64,000 bases of DNA, taken from NCBI RefSeq assembly GCF_021028975.2, contig NC_059425.1, positions 31,806,001-31,870,000 of the forward strand, given 5' to 3'. Below the pieces are notes generated by a model, which did not search any database, was not told the DNA's origin, and saw only the letters and a list, made by a program, of their open reading frames with translations. This document shows, in pieces, positions 12,151 through 24,244 of the stretch. Source of the DNA: Sphaerodactylus townsendi. Lineage: Eukaryota. How positions within the stretch are numbered: the first letter of the stretch is position 1; each line of letters opens with the position of its first letter. The position numbers and the translations under genes were made by a program.

Positions 12151-13088
12151 GGAAACAAACAGAAGAGTTGCAGGAGCATGGTCTAGGGTTTGTGTAGAAA
12201 CCGTTTTCATTAGCAAAACTGGTGAGTGCTACATGTATTTTACACTTCAGGTCCCAACATGTGTAAACTTTAGCCCATCTTAGAACTTGCTGTCAGGTGC
12301 AGGAGCTGAGGATTGGGTGCTTCTATTTCCCCATATCTAGGTCAAAGCTCCTAATGCTGATGATGCAGCTTTTTAAAGTACCTATGTACTATTAAAAACA
12401 GCATTCTGGAAGTTGAAACCATTCAAATATAACATCAAACTTTTCCAGCCTCACTAGGCAGGAACCTTCCTTGTTCTGAAATAAATGTTACCATTTTCTT
12501 TTTAAAAGCCGTGGACTAATGATGGATTTCCTTTGGTTTCCTGTGTTCTAGCAAATGCTCAGATTTCATTTAAACTCCCCTTCATTCAATTGTCACAGTT
12601 TGACACCCTTGTAACGTACTTTAAAAGCGTAGCATTGTTTATACCAGCAATCCATTTCAAAAATCTGTCTTGCAGATTCATGCTGTAACATATAAGGTTT
12701 CTTCCCTCTCCTTTGCAAACGCTGCAGTAAACCTTTAAAGCATCTTTGTTCTTTTTTGATCTGTCCATAGAGATTGTTGCAATTGAATACAAAACTTCAG
12801 TGAATTGGACATGCTAGCATTGAATGGCCATGTACAAAATCATTCCAAAAGGTCTCAATTCTGATTCACACATTCCCGTGGGGTAAGTGATGACTTGCAT
12901 GTGTAAAAGGTCAAGCAGCATTCATCACAAATATAACACCACAAACACAAAACTTACATAGCATCAAAAATGCAATGTTTTCCCTTGGGGACAGTTCATA
13001 CATATAGCTTGCTTATTTGTGGAGATGCACTAGTTCACATATGCAGCTTTCCTACTGAGTCTGCTCATTTGTGGAAATGCACCATAGC

Positions 13089-13241
13089 CAGAGGCGTAGC
13101 TCCAAGGGGACGAGGGGCAGGCAATGCACCGGGACACACCCCATGGGGGGTGACAAGGACATGGTGGGGGCGTGGTGGGACGGGACGGGGGCAGAGGACA
13201 CACCAGTGCACCAGGCATTTCCCCCTCTTGCTACGCCTCTG
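13089..13241. mobile_element. hAT MITE (CAGAGGCGTAGC TIR)
   Basis: Perfect 12-bp TIR CAGAGGCGTAGC/GCTACGCCTCTG; degenerate TSD. Confidence 0.8.
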
Positions 13242-13415
13242 GCCATCACTCACTAGTAGAACACAGATTTGTCTGCACAAGATCCCAGGTTATGTCTGCA
13301 ACATCACAGGTAGCAAGATTCTAGACAGCTCAGAAATGACAATATTGGACAAGTCTGGTTTGTTATAAGGTATGCACCAATCATCAACAGTACAATCATT
13401 GCAATGTCATGATTT

Positions 13416-13628
13416 GGGGAAGGGCTGTGGGTCAGTTGAAGATCCTCTGCTTCATATACAGAAGGCCCCAGGTTTGATCCCTAGCAGCCTTTCCAGTTAA
13501 AAGGATCAACCAGTGGGTGACATGAAAGACTTCTGCCTGAAACTCTGGGGAGTTGCTGCCAGTCTGAGCAGCCAATACTGATCTTAATGGATGAATGGTT
13601 TGATTCAGTATACAGCAGCTTCATGTGT
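13416..13628 (+). mobile_element. tRNA-derived SINE (Squam2-like)
   Basis: tRNA-like head (GTCAGTTG...CCCAGGTTTGATCCC); body shared with 15172, 54365 and 62262. Confidence 0.65.
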
Positions 13629-14365
13629 AGTCGTGTATGTTCATGTAATGTAGATGAAGTTCCTGGACCTTAGGCAGTTGTATAAAAAGGGGAGGGGGAG
13701 TTTTGGCAGGAGCAACTTGTGCCCAGCAGGAAAATTGTGTGTGTTGAAATTTCCTTCTACACAACTGTTAAAGTTTCAGGAACCTTGGCCTCCTTTGTCT
13801 CCTTTTCAGCATTGATTTTTGTAACCTCTGGAGAAGTTGACTCTGGCACATGCTGTTGACTATCTCATGAGGGCAGGGTACCACCACCTGGAATGCTGAC
13901 CCAAGCAGACCCTGGCATAAGGAAAGTATTACAATGTTTGTGCAGGGTGCGGAGCGAGATTGTGCACATCGTCTGCAATCCCAAGTTCCATGTGTTCATA
14001 CACAAAGTCTTTCCCTGTCATCGTTCCCTGTCTGCCTTTAAGCTGAAATTGTCTTGTCTGTTCTGCATTCAGTACCTGGCTGTACTGTGAATGCATGAAC
14101 AGGCAAAATAGTGAGGGGTCTTTTCCCCACAGGAGAACACTTGTGGTTTTTGATGTTTGCTGAAATTTCTTTCAATTTGTGTCACAGTCATTTGCAGTAT
14201 GCAAAATAAACAAAAAAAATCCATAGTGTACCCTTCATGGAAATGTATTTGCAGTTACAGTTTTGCAACTTTCTTTTAAAAGGATAAGCGGAGTAGTTCT
14301 TCCTTACTGGAAGTATTATACTGCAGAAGAAATTTAAGGTCAATTATGTCCATACCAACATCCTG

Positions 14366-14525
14366 NNNNNNNNNNNNNNNNNNNNNNNNNNNNNNNNNNN
14401 NNNNNNNNNNNNNNNNNNNNNNNNNNNNNNNNNNNNNNNNNNNNNNNNNNNNNNNNNNNNNNNNNNNNNNNNNNNNNNNNNNNNNNNNNNNNNNNNNNNN
14501 NNNNNNNNNNNNNNNNNNNNNNNNN
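14366..14525. other. Assembly gap (160 N)
   Basis: Run of N. Confidence 1.
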
Positions 14526-15171
14526 TTCTGTTTTTAGGCCACAAGCTGGGATATTTGGGGGGAAAACATGGATTAGTAGCCCCTCTTTCTCCTGCTTTTG
14601 TCAGCCTTTTCTCCGAGTGCAGTGGTGTTAATTAATGTATTGCCTGAGATGGAGTTGCAGGATGCAGCTAGCACCGTCTCTCTGATGAAATCCTTTTCAT
14701 CTGGTTTTTCATTCTCCTACTTCCATAAACAGCACGTTGCCTGCCTGCAGAAAACCCTTGTCTGCTTCGGGGGGGGGGGGGGGCCCCAGAAGACTGGTCC
14801 TCTTTAGCTTCTTCTTGTTCCCCTTGTTTAGCCACCTTTTTTTGCATATATTCATAGCTAGATGTGACCGTTTTGGTTTGGTGCGGTTGCCATCTGGCCT
14901 GGAAAATGATGTTCTGTTATTTTAATAGAGGCTGGATGTGTGGGAATGGGCAGTGGACACTTGTCATGGCACAGAAGTAAATAACAACTTGCTAAGCTTC
15001 TATTAAAAGGGCCGTCCTCCTAGCTGTTCCTTTAATATCTGTTTGAGCTGCAGCAAATACCAAGTGATCCTGTTTGCCTTCATCCCATGAAAAGCTGCTT
15101 CTGCCCATTTTTTACCCATTAAGCCGGTATTAAGAAAAGAAATACATTCAGATTCAAAAGTGAACTTCAAA

Positions 15172-15368
15172 GCCATGATGCTACCTTATACCAACTCAGA
15201 CCAGTGATCTGTCAGTTTAGTATTGTCTTCTCTGATTGGTGGCAGCTCCCCGGGGCCTCGGGCAGAAAAAAGGGCTTTTTCCAGCCTGCCTTCCTGATAT
15301 CTTTCTACTGGAGATACAAGGGATTAAACTTGGGGCCTTTGGCATGCAAAGCATGTGTTTCACTGAGT
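15172..15368 (-). mobile_element. tRNA-derived SINE (Squam2-like)
   Basis: Reverse complement similarity to 13416 and 62262. Confidence 0.6.
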
Positions 15369-15935
15369 TTTCACAGAAAATACGAGCACATTCTGTCCAT
15401 TGTATGTTATCTAATTATTATGGACAAAGCCGCTGCACCGTGAACTATTCATAACCTCTGAGACCTGAGAACATATAGTCCTAGAGTGATGGAGTTGGGT
15501 AGTTTTAGATTCTGACCCACCCATCCCCTGTTTAGATAGTCATGTTGACTTCAAATTGCAAAGCACAGGATGAGAGTTCGGCAAGCTTGACTCATCCCCT
15601 CCCACTGTCTCCAAAGAGCAGGCACTCCACAATGATTGGAGGGTCTAAGATCTGGCAGACCCTGGTTCCAGTCCCTATGCTGCCATGGAAGCTTGCTAGG
15701 TGAGCTTGGCCAAGTCACTCTCTCTCTCTCAGCTGAATATACTTCACTAGGTTGTTGTGGAGGATAAAATGGAGAGGGGAGATTAATGTACGCTACTCTG
15801 GGTCCCAATTTTGGAGAAAAAAATGGGGCATAAATACCTGAAGAAATAAATGAGCATGAAGTAAATGTGATTTTGTGTATGTGTACTCAGAGGTCAGTCC
15901 CACTGCATTCAACCAGGTTTGCATGCTACAGACCA

Positions 15936-16250
15936 GGGAGCAGCAGTGGCGTAGTGGCTAAGAGCAGTGGCTAAGAGCAGGTGACTCTGATCTGGACAAA
16001 CCGGGTTTGATTCCCAGCTCTGCCGCTTGAGTTGTGGAGGCTTATCTGGAGAATTCAGATTAGCCTGTACACTCCCACACACGCCAGCTGGGTGACCTTG
16101 AGCTAGTCACAGCTTTTCGGAGCTCTCTCAGCCCCACCCACCTCACAGGGTGTTTGTTGTGAGGGGGGAAGGGCAAGGAGATTGTAAGCCCCTTTGAGTC
16201 TCCTACAGGAGAGAAAGGGGGGATATAAATCCAAACTCTTCTTCTTCTTC
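15936..16250 (+). mobile_element. Squam3-like SINE, full length
   Basis: A-box TGGCGTAGTGG, B-box GGTTTGATTCC, CORE-like GGGTGACCTTG.GCTAGTCAC, (CTT)n tail. Confidence 0.9.
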
Positions 16251-16924
16251 ATTTATGCATGCACAACTTACCCTGTTGCTGTTTGCTTCTCATTGGGGTT
16301 TTCCCGTGGTTTTTTTTTTTTGTTTACACAGGGATTCTCCTCCTGTGAAGTGTCCCTAGCTCAGCTGTGCCACCATTTTTCTCTCCCGCTACTTCCTCAT
16401 TGTTTCCGTGCAATCTCCATTTGAGGAAGGTGCCTGCTGCCCTTTTTTTTCCTGCCATCTTTAGTCTAGTGTTTGTTTGTTCCACTGGGTCTATCACTCC
16501 AGCAGTAGACCTTCAGTGTGATCCTTTTGAAATGGTAGCCTGAGGAGTGAGAGGAACTGCTGTGGTGCTGGCAGGGGAAGGTGGGGAGGAGCAAGAGAAC
16601 CCAAAAAAAAGTTAAATGCATACTAATCTCCTTCACCTTCCCTGTGAAGGGAGAGGAAAAGTTGCACTTTCAAAAGCTGGGAAGTTTCTCTGATCTGAAG
16701 ATGGGGTGACTGCTGAAGAGAGCAGAGCATGTGCAAAATGAAGGCTCAAACCTGAAGGGAATGTAGGCTCAATGTAAAGGAGATCACGTATATCTATATG
16801 GTTACAGCCCTGCATTTAGAAGCTCCATACTGACCCTGTGGGCCTGGGCCCTGGGACTTCTGCCCCAATGTCCAGCTCTGATGGCACCTATGCTCCTGGA
16901 CCAACCTCAGCTCAACCTCAGACC

Positions 16925-17740
16925 AAGGGGCATAGATACCATGGGGACATGTGGGGGCAAATGTCCTGGGCGCCCATGTTGAGGGGGCAAAAAAAATGAG
17001 TTCGTTTGTATTTTTTCAATATTTTTTAATGTTTTTACTTTGTCGGCCAGCAGGGGGTGCAGTTTTTAGGCTAGCAGCACCAAAATTTCAGGATATCCTC
17101 AGGTGACACTCCTAATGATACCAGCCAGGTTTGGTAAAGTTTGGTTCACAGGATCCAAAGTTATGGACCCCCAAATGGGGTGCCCCCATCCCACAACAAC
17201 CAACATTGAAAGTGATGCTGTTTGGGAGGTTGGTGGGGAATCTATCCTGGAACAGCATCATTTTCAATGTTGTTTTATGAGGGAGCACAGATTCTCCCTT
17301 TAAGGTGGTTGTAAAAGGAGAATCTGGGCTCTCTTGTCTAAACAATATTGTAAGTGATGCTGTTGGGGGGGGGGGGGAATCCACCCTGGAACAGCATCAT
17401 TTTCAATGTTGTTTAACGAGGGAGCACAGATTCTCCCTTTAAGGTGGATTTAAAAGGAGAATCTGGGCTCTCTAGTTTAAACAACATTAAAAGTGATGCT
17501 GTTTCAGGGTGGATTTCCCCTCCCCCCCCAAAAAACAGCATCACTTTCAATGTTGTTTAAACTAGGGAGCCCTGGATGTGTTCAGATTTGTGTGTTGGGG
17601 CGTGTTCTATAATGTGATGGTGACTTTGAGATGACTGGATGCAAAAAAATAATTCTTTAGTTGTGGGGGGGGGCACCCATATGGGGGGCCAGAAGACTCA
17701 GATTTTGCCCCGGGCTCCATTTCCCCTAGCTACGCCTCTG
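16925..17740. mobile_element. Non-autonomous hAT element with internal ~140-bp hairpin repeats
   Basis: Right end GCTACGCCTCTG; body homologous to 10425-11374; TSD not seen. Confidence 0.8.
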
Positions 17741-17899
17741 TTTCTGGGTCACCAGGTCCTGAAATTCTGGTCATCTGGGGGGATGGAACCTAGGCAGGGC
17801 AAGGTTTGGGGAAGGGAAGGAGCCTCATCCAAGAGGCAGCCATTTCCTCCAGGCCAGGAAAACTGATATTTGTATTCTGGAGGCAAGTTGTCATTCCAG

Positions 17900-18286
17900 C
17901 AGTGGCGTATCTGCCACTCTTCTGGTCACATGGGGGGCGCAAAATCGGCCCCCCACGTGACCAGGAAGTTCTGCTGTCTTGTTGTTTTCACGTGCCTTGA
18001 CCCCAGCAGGACTTCCTGCTGCCTCCAAGCGCCCTCAACCCCACCCCGGACTCCCCCCTCTCTGCAGGCTGCAGGCTGGGAACCCAGCCAGCAGGGGGAG
18101 TCTGGGGGGGGGAGGTGGGCACCCTTGACCTTGCCCATGTCCACGGTGACAAGGGCAGGGTTGAGGGCAGTGGGGGTGGAGCCTAGGGGCATCAGGGGTG
18201 GAGCTAGGGTGGTGGGGGGCAGAGCCTGGGGGGGTGTCCTGGAGACAATTTGTCTCCGTGCGCCATTTGCCCCTGGTATGCTTCTG
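17900..18286. mobile_element. hAT MITE (CAGTGGCGTA termini)
   Basis: CAGTGGCGTA...TATGCTTCTG; perfect 8-bp TSD CATTCCAG. Confidence 0.85.
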
Positions 18287-18604
18287 CATTCCAGGAGGTT
18301 GCCACCCTGGCAAAAGCAGTTTATCTTCTAGGTAAACATTTTGCCTGAATAGATAGGGTGGGTGAAGAAATTAGAAGGATAGTCAGCTGTGGTCACAAAT
18401 AGGGCTACCACCATGGTGCAGTCTTTGTCCTTCCACTGTTAATCTTCTTGTCAGGAATGGCCTTTATAGCAGAACAGTTGCTGGTCTTGTTGTTAAAAGA
18501 TCGTGAAGGATATTTCTGCAGGCCACAAACTGGCCTAGGTAAATGTATCTCTCAATTAATGTGCCAAAAAGAGAGTCCAGAGATCCCAAACCTTTGACAG
18601 GGTA

Positions 18605-18926
18605 AAGAAGAAGAAGAAAAGGAAGAGTTTGGATTTATACCCTGCCTTTCTCTCTTATAAGAAGTCTCAAAGCAGCTTACAAAATCCTTCCCTTCCCCTT
18701 CCCTCAAGAGACACCTTGTGAGGTAGGTGAGGAACTGTAAAAATTCTGAGAGAACTGGGACTAGCCCAGGGGTCTGCAACCTGCGGCTCTCCAGATGTTC
18801 ATGGACTACAATTCCCATCAGCCCCTGCCAGCATGGCCAATTGGCCATGCTGGCAGAGGCTGATGGGAATTGTAGTCCATGAACATCTGGAGAGCCGCAG
18901 GTTGCAGACCCCTGGACTAGCCCAAG
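18605..18926 (-). mobile_element. Partial Squam3-like SINE interrupted by a MITE
   Basis: GAAGAGTTTGGATTTATACCC...GACTAGCCCAAG. Confidence 0.7.
18767..18914. mobile_element. Palindromic hAT (Charlie/Buster-type) MITE
   Basis: 148-bp palindrome with one mismatch; perfect TSD GACTAGCC. Confidence 0.93.
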
Positions 18927-20057
18927 ATACACTGTAAAAAAGTGCCACCTGGGGGTGGTAGTGAGCATGTGTACTGCATACCCTGGCAGGGACTGCGGGT
19001 GGCTCGTGCCCCCTGGCAGCAAGGGGAGGCCAGTGCCCAGATGGCTCCCACTATCTTGCTACGCCAGGTGTTGGTTCTCCCCATGCATCAGGCTTGGGGA
19101 AGGTCATTATTTGGGGACAGCAGACATGCTGCCCAGTGCCGGACCCGTCCCCTATGCTGCGCCTCTGCTTCCTTCAGCCAGCATACCAATAAACAGGCTG
19201 TGGCCAAATTTTATTCCACACAAGATGGTTGTCTGTGTTGCCTTTCTGCACCCTCGAGCTCATTCTCCTCTCCTCAGGTGGCAATTCTTCCTTCTCCCAT
19301 GCAGTGGTCCTGATCCAATTCAGGCATTTACTTACAAGTTGCCACTGAGGACTAGCAGCTACAGTATGGCTGCAAGTCTCTTGGAGACCTTGTTCAATTG
19401 GTGACATCAAGCTAGGCTTGCTTCTAACTATATGCTTAAGGCTTTTTAAGTGCACACCTATACCTGAATCAGGCCTGGCCAGAGCCATCTGGAACAGCCT
19501 GAAAAGACTTGTCAAGGCTGGGCCCCCACAGACAACCTGCTGCTTTATTCCCCCTCCCCCTCCCTTACTCTAAACCTCAACTTGTTGCCTGAAGCACAGC
19601 TCTGGATAGGATTTCTAGAATTCCCCGCAACCATCTTCACCTGCCTCTTTTGCTGTACCTAAGCCAATGCTGCCAACAGATGAGTGGAAATCTTTGATTA
19701 CAAGATGCTAATCTTCTCTCTGTATCACTCAATCTTCTAGAGGGAAGGGTGTGGTTTCAAGGCAACCTTGTTAAAGCTAAACAGGTTTTGATCTGGTCAT
19801 AGGCTCAATTGACGTTCTCCTGGAAAGCTTGTGTGGGCTGCTTTGAGCTCCCTGCAAAACAAAAACAACCCCCAATCAGAATGTGACTATAACAAATAAT
19901 CTTTCTTCATTCTCTGACCTAGCCCATGTTGGGGAAGAAGCTTGGAACAATGCATGTCTCTGCTGCTGATTTCAAAGCATTTGCTAGTTACAAAACCAGC
20001 CTTTCAGCATTTGCAGTGAACAAATTACTGGGAGAGGAGCACCCTACTATCCGTATG

Positions 20058-20589
20058 TGTAACCTCTAACTGTGGGTTCTGGGGGCAGAACTTGGAATGA
20101 GTTTGCAACAACAAATTTTTAAAACAAAATGGTTTACTTTCTTAACATATAACATATAACATCAACATTTAACATCACACTTCAAAGTCCTGTTCAGGTT
20201 GCATTTTCAAGTCCTTATGTTTACAGTCTACTGATACTGCCAAGTCCAATTCTTCTTTGCAAGTGGGTTGGCTCCTGAAGACTCCAAGGGCTTGATGAAC
20301 AGGATTCAACATGATGAAGGTTTCCAGGAGAATTCTCACCCATTACAAACATAAAAAGAAACCCTGACACAATAAACTCCAACATTTACAACATAGCAAA
20401 AACAAACAACTACCTTCCCAGTAGTTCCCAACAATATTGCAGTTACCTTAACAAGGTGTTAAGGGCTTATACAACCAAGGTCCGAGTCTGGTAGCCTTGT
20501 CTCCTCCAACTACATGAGGTCTGCAGCCTCCTGCTGCTTTGAGTCTCCACCCCTTTCTGGGTCAACCCATTCTGAGCATGGGGGTTACA
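20058..20589 (-). mobile_element. Solo LTR (Gypsy-like)
   Basis: TGTAACC...GGTTACA termini; perfect 4-bp TSD TATG; strand inferred from TTTACT (AGTAAA on the - strand). Confidence 0.85.
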
Positions 20590-22293
20590 TATGCTCAGCT
20601 CTTGTTACTTTCTATTTCTTATGTTTGGTCAAAGAGTCCAGTAAGTGCTATACTGAGGGAGGATAAAGTTCTGGTCTTAATGAAAAAACCTGCTCCAGAG
20701 CCGGGGTACCTGATAAAAAATGTCCCTTTTTTCCCCATGGGATGGCAGAAAATAACATTGGCTGAATCCCCACCGTCCATAAAATGCATGCTATTCATGG
20801 CAAAAAAGACAGTTTGAGCAAGGGCTCCCCACCACTTACATGCCGGACCCGTCTTCATCCTGGTTCTGTCTGTCGCTAATTCCACCACTCATCACGGGTT
20901 TTTCCCGAACCTGCATGAACGTGAACCTTTACAAAAAACACACACCGAACCTGGATCCAAGGGGAGGGACGGGAGTTGAATGTGCATTTGTTTTCGCGCC
21001 GTTGGGAGTGACGTGATGGCTTTCCAGCCAATCAGTGCGCAGTGGGCTGTGCGCGATGTACGTGCAGCCCTTTTTTTGCCATGCTGGGCATAGCCATGTG
21101 GAAACAAGTACACGTGGACATGTGGACACGAACGGATGTGCAAATGTGCACATGTCCAGACGTTCAGCGAATATTGTTCATATGTACCCACGTTGGAACG
21201 TTAAAGTGAAAATAAGAATTATGAATTTTTAATCGGGTAGAGTAATGTTCCTGCTCCAACCCAATAGCCAATGAAAATACCCGATGCCGCCACATTGTGA
21301 CATAGTAATGTCACCACGTGGCAGCGCAAAATTTTTTTTAAAGGTTCCACCCCAACACAACACGACAGCCAATCAGGACAAGAAAGAACATGACCGCTGA
21401 GCAGATCACGTGTCTGAGGGGAGTGTTACTTGAATCCACATTACTTGAATCCTTGATAGAAATTGAGGTCTTCAGTGGAGTGGGAAGGGAGAATGTGAGA
21501 TGAAAAGGTACTCTTTTGAAACCTGGATGTATCCATATTTAATTTCTCGGTGGGGATTTGGCCATTATTTGATGTATAACAGCCCGATTACAGTCCAGGG
21601 ATAATAGAGGTGGGGTTTTTTTTCATCCAGGCCATTGCCAACTCTATCTGGACCTAAATGATCCAATAGAGGGGTCTACGATGAGGTGCCCGTGTGTACC
21701 ATGTCGCCTGAGAAACACTTTTCTGGGTGCCTGCCAAGTGTTTTTGGAAAGTGGGATAGGCCAGTTGGGGCTTTTGCCCAGCAGAGCTTCTGATTGGGCA
21801 TTAAGAGATCTGACTGACTGTGCAGATTGCTTAAAATGTTGCTTTGGCAGCAGCTGCCACCACAGCCCAAGGATCTTCGCTGTCTGTCACAAAATAAACT
21901 TCAACTGCCATTTTGTGGCTCCATCTACCACTCTGTGTCAGAATTCCAAAAGTGCCCACAAAGTCAAAAAGATTGAGGACCCCTGACGATAGACCCCTGA
22001 CAAAAGATTGGAGACCTCTGATAGTAGACTTAACATAGGACCTGAGCCAGTCAGTAGTGATTGTGCGGGGTGGGGGCGGGGTGGGGATTTCAATCCTATT
22101 TCAGACCCAGTTTTCAAAAACAGCCTTGGTTACCCTAATGGGTAAACTTTTCTGGGAGAAACTGGGGAGAATATCTGGACTTCTCGGCTGAGCTGGGTAT
22201 TGAGGGTAATGTAATCCCAGAACCTGCTTGATTCCAAAAGATGGTGCTGGAAGACTGACTCAACCCCAGGACACTTATGGTATGGGGTCTCAG

Positions 22294-22807
22294 CACTGGC
22301 GTAATGCCCATTGGGCAAGGTGGGCAGCTGCCCAGGGCATCACCTTGTGGGGGGCATCAAAATGCTGGGTTCGTTTTGGGGTATTTTAATGGTTTTCCAT
22401 TTTTGGCCTGCAGGGGGCACAGTTTTCAGGCTAGCAGCACCAAAATTTCAGCGTATCATCAGGAGACTGTCCTTATGCTACCCCCCAAGTTTGGTGAGGT
22501 TTGGTTCAGGGAGTCCAAAGTTATGGAAACAGTGGGGGATGGGGCACCCCCTTTGGGAGTGCATAACTTTGGACTCCATAAACCAAACCTCACCAAACTT
22601 GGGGAGTAGCATAAGGACAGTCCCCTGATGATATGCTGAAATATTGGTGTTGATATGTCTAAAAATGCACCCCCTGCAGGCACCAATATCCTGGTGCAAA
22701 AAAAAATTTTGGTCATGGTGGAGTGGCCGCCCATGGGGGGGGGGGGCATCCAACTCAGGTTTTGCCCAGGGCTACAGTTTGCCAAGGGCTGCCTCGTTAC
22801 GCCCCTG
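22294..22807. mobile_element. Non-autonomous hAT element
   Basis: CACTGGCGTAA...TTACGCCCCTG; perfect 8-bp TSD GGTCTCAG; long internal inverted repeat. Confidence 0.9.
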
Positions 22808-23139
22808 GGTCTCAGAGTGTTCTCCATGGTCCTCAACATCCCTGTGAACCTGCTAAGAAAGGTCCTACAGTGATTTGGAGTGAAGACCCATTGGTACACC
22901 AAGCTCGATTTTTTTCTTTTTAGCAGAGAAGTGAGACAGGACATTCTGAGCAGATAACAGGATGGATGGAGGCCAAAGTGCTGAAGCTCCATCTAGATTA
23001 GAGCAAGATGCTGTTGGTTCATAATGGGTCTAATTGAGGAGTTCAGTTTCAGCATGTTTGGGATGTGATCACCCTGCTCCAAAAAGAGGAGGTTTGCAAC
23101 TGGGGGTGGAGAGCGCTGTCAGAACAGTGACTGCAGTTG

Positions 23140-23460
23140 AATATTCAAGTCTTCAGTACAACATGTAATGCCATTGACCAGCTTTGGCTAGTATGGCAGC
23201 TGTACAACTGCCTTGAAATGACTGATTTGGCCGGGTCTATTCATGCTCTAGTTACATCCAGGATAGATTACTGCCCCCTGCTCTGCATGGAACTGCATTA
23301 TGAAATGGTTTGGAAAGTTTCAAAATGAAGCCGCTGGACTGCTAACAAGCACTGATTACAACAAAGACATCTGAGCAGTGTTGAAAGAACTCTCCTGGTT
23401 GCCAATTTGCTTCCAGGCCCAATTTAAATTGCTGTTTCTTATCTTTAAAATGCTAAACCG
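23140..23460 (+). mobile_element. Old L2 fragment
   Basis: Translates to IHALVTSRIDYC...; LxWLP motif downstream. Confidence 0.75.
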
Positions 23461-23776
23461 TGTAGCCATCAGTACATACAAGTTTTCCTAACAGGGCAAA
23501 AAGCAGCTCCTTGGGCCATGCCAGGTCAAGGAAAATGGTATAGGTGGGGAGAAGGTGGGGTTCCTCACCCCATTCATTGTGGTTCCAATTTGAATCCAGT
23601 CTCATATGTACCTGGAAATAAGTTCCCAACACAGAACTCCTAAGAACATCTGGGCAACAGGACCCAAGGCAAGTCATACGGGAGACATAACAACATGGTA
23701 ATGTATGAATCAGCCCATTGTGGAGAAAGTAAGCTGGAAGTATGAAGGTCATGAGCGTGGATATATCAGGATAAGG

Positions 23777-23867
23777 CAGTGGTGGCGAACCTATGGGACT
23801 CCAGATGTCCATGGGCTACAATTCCCATCAGCCCCTGCCAGCATGGCCCATGGGTTCGCCACCACGG
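23777..23867. mobile_element. Internally deleted hAT MITE
   Basis: TIR CAGTGGTGGCGAACC/GGTTCGCCACCACGG; perfect TSD GGATAAGG; one arm of the shared core. Confidence 0.85.
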
Positions 23868-24244
23868 GGATAAGGGGTTTGAATTATTTTTGTGGCTGAG
23901 TACTCGATAGAGATAAAAAGTGGCAGACTGGGGAAGAGAAGGTTGCAGCAACAGAATATCAGTATATGACCTAGAGTTTTTGCTGAAGTGGTAGAGAGGG
24001 AGGGCTGTATTTTTGCTGTGCTGCAAAGGAAGAGGATCACCTTGTCCCATAGGAACCTACTCACCCACTCTGGTCATCTTTCGAGGCCATACTTCAGATG
24101 CCCTTCCCATTTGAGCTGGGAAGCTGGTTTTGCTTCAGAAAACAAAATTGTGCAGGTTAGGGGAAATGGGTGAAATTGATGAAATGCCGGAAGGCACAAG
24201 CATGGTATAACCCTGCAGTGTGCAGCATGTGGAAACATACGTGA

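Noticed and set aside
14344-14544. ORFs spanning the N run
   Set aside because: Artefact of the assembly gap
17190-17575. CRISPR-like repeat/spacer appearance
   Set aside because: Vertebrate context, no cas genes, and spacers are homologous to each other; these are internal TE repeats
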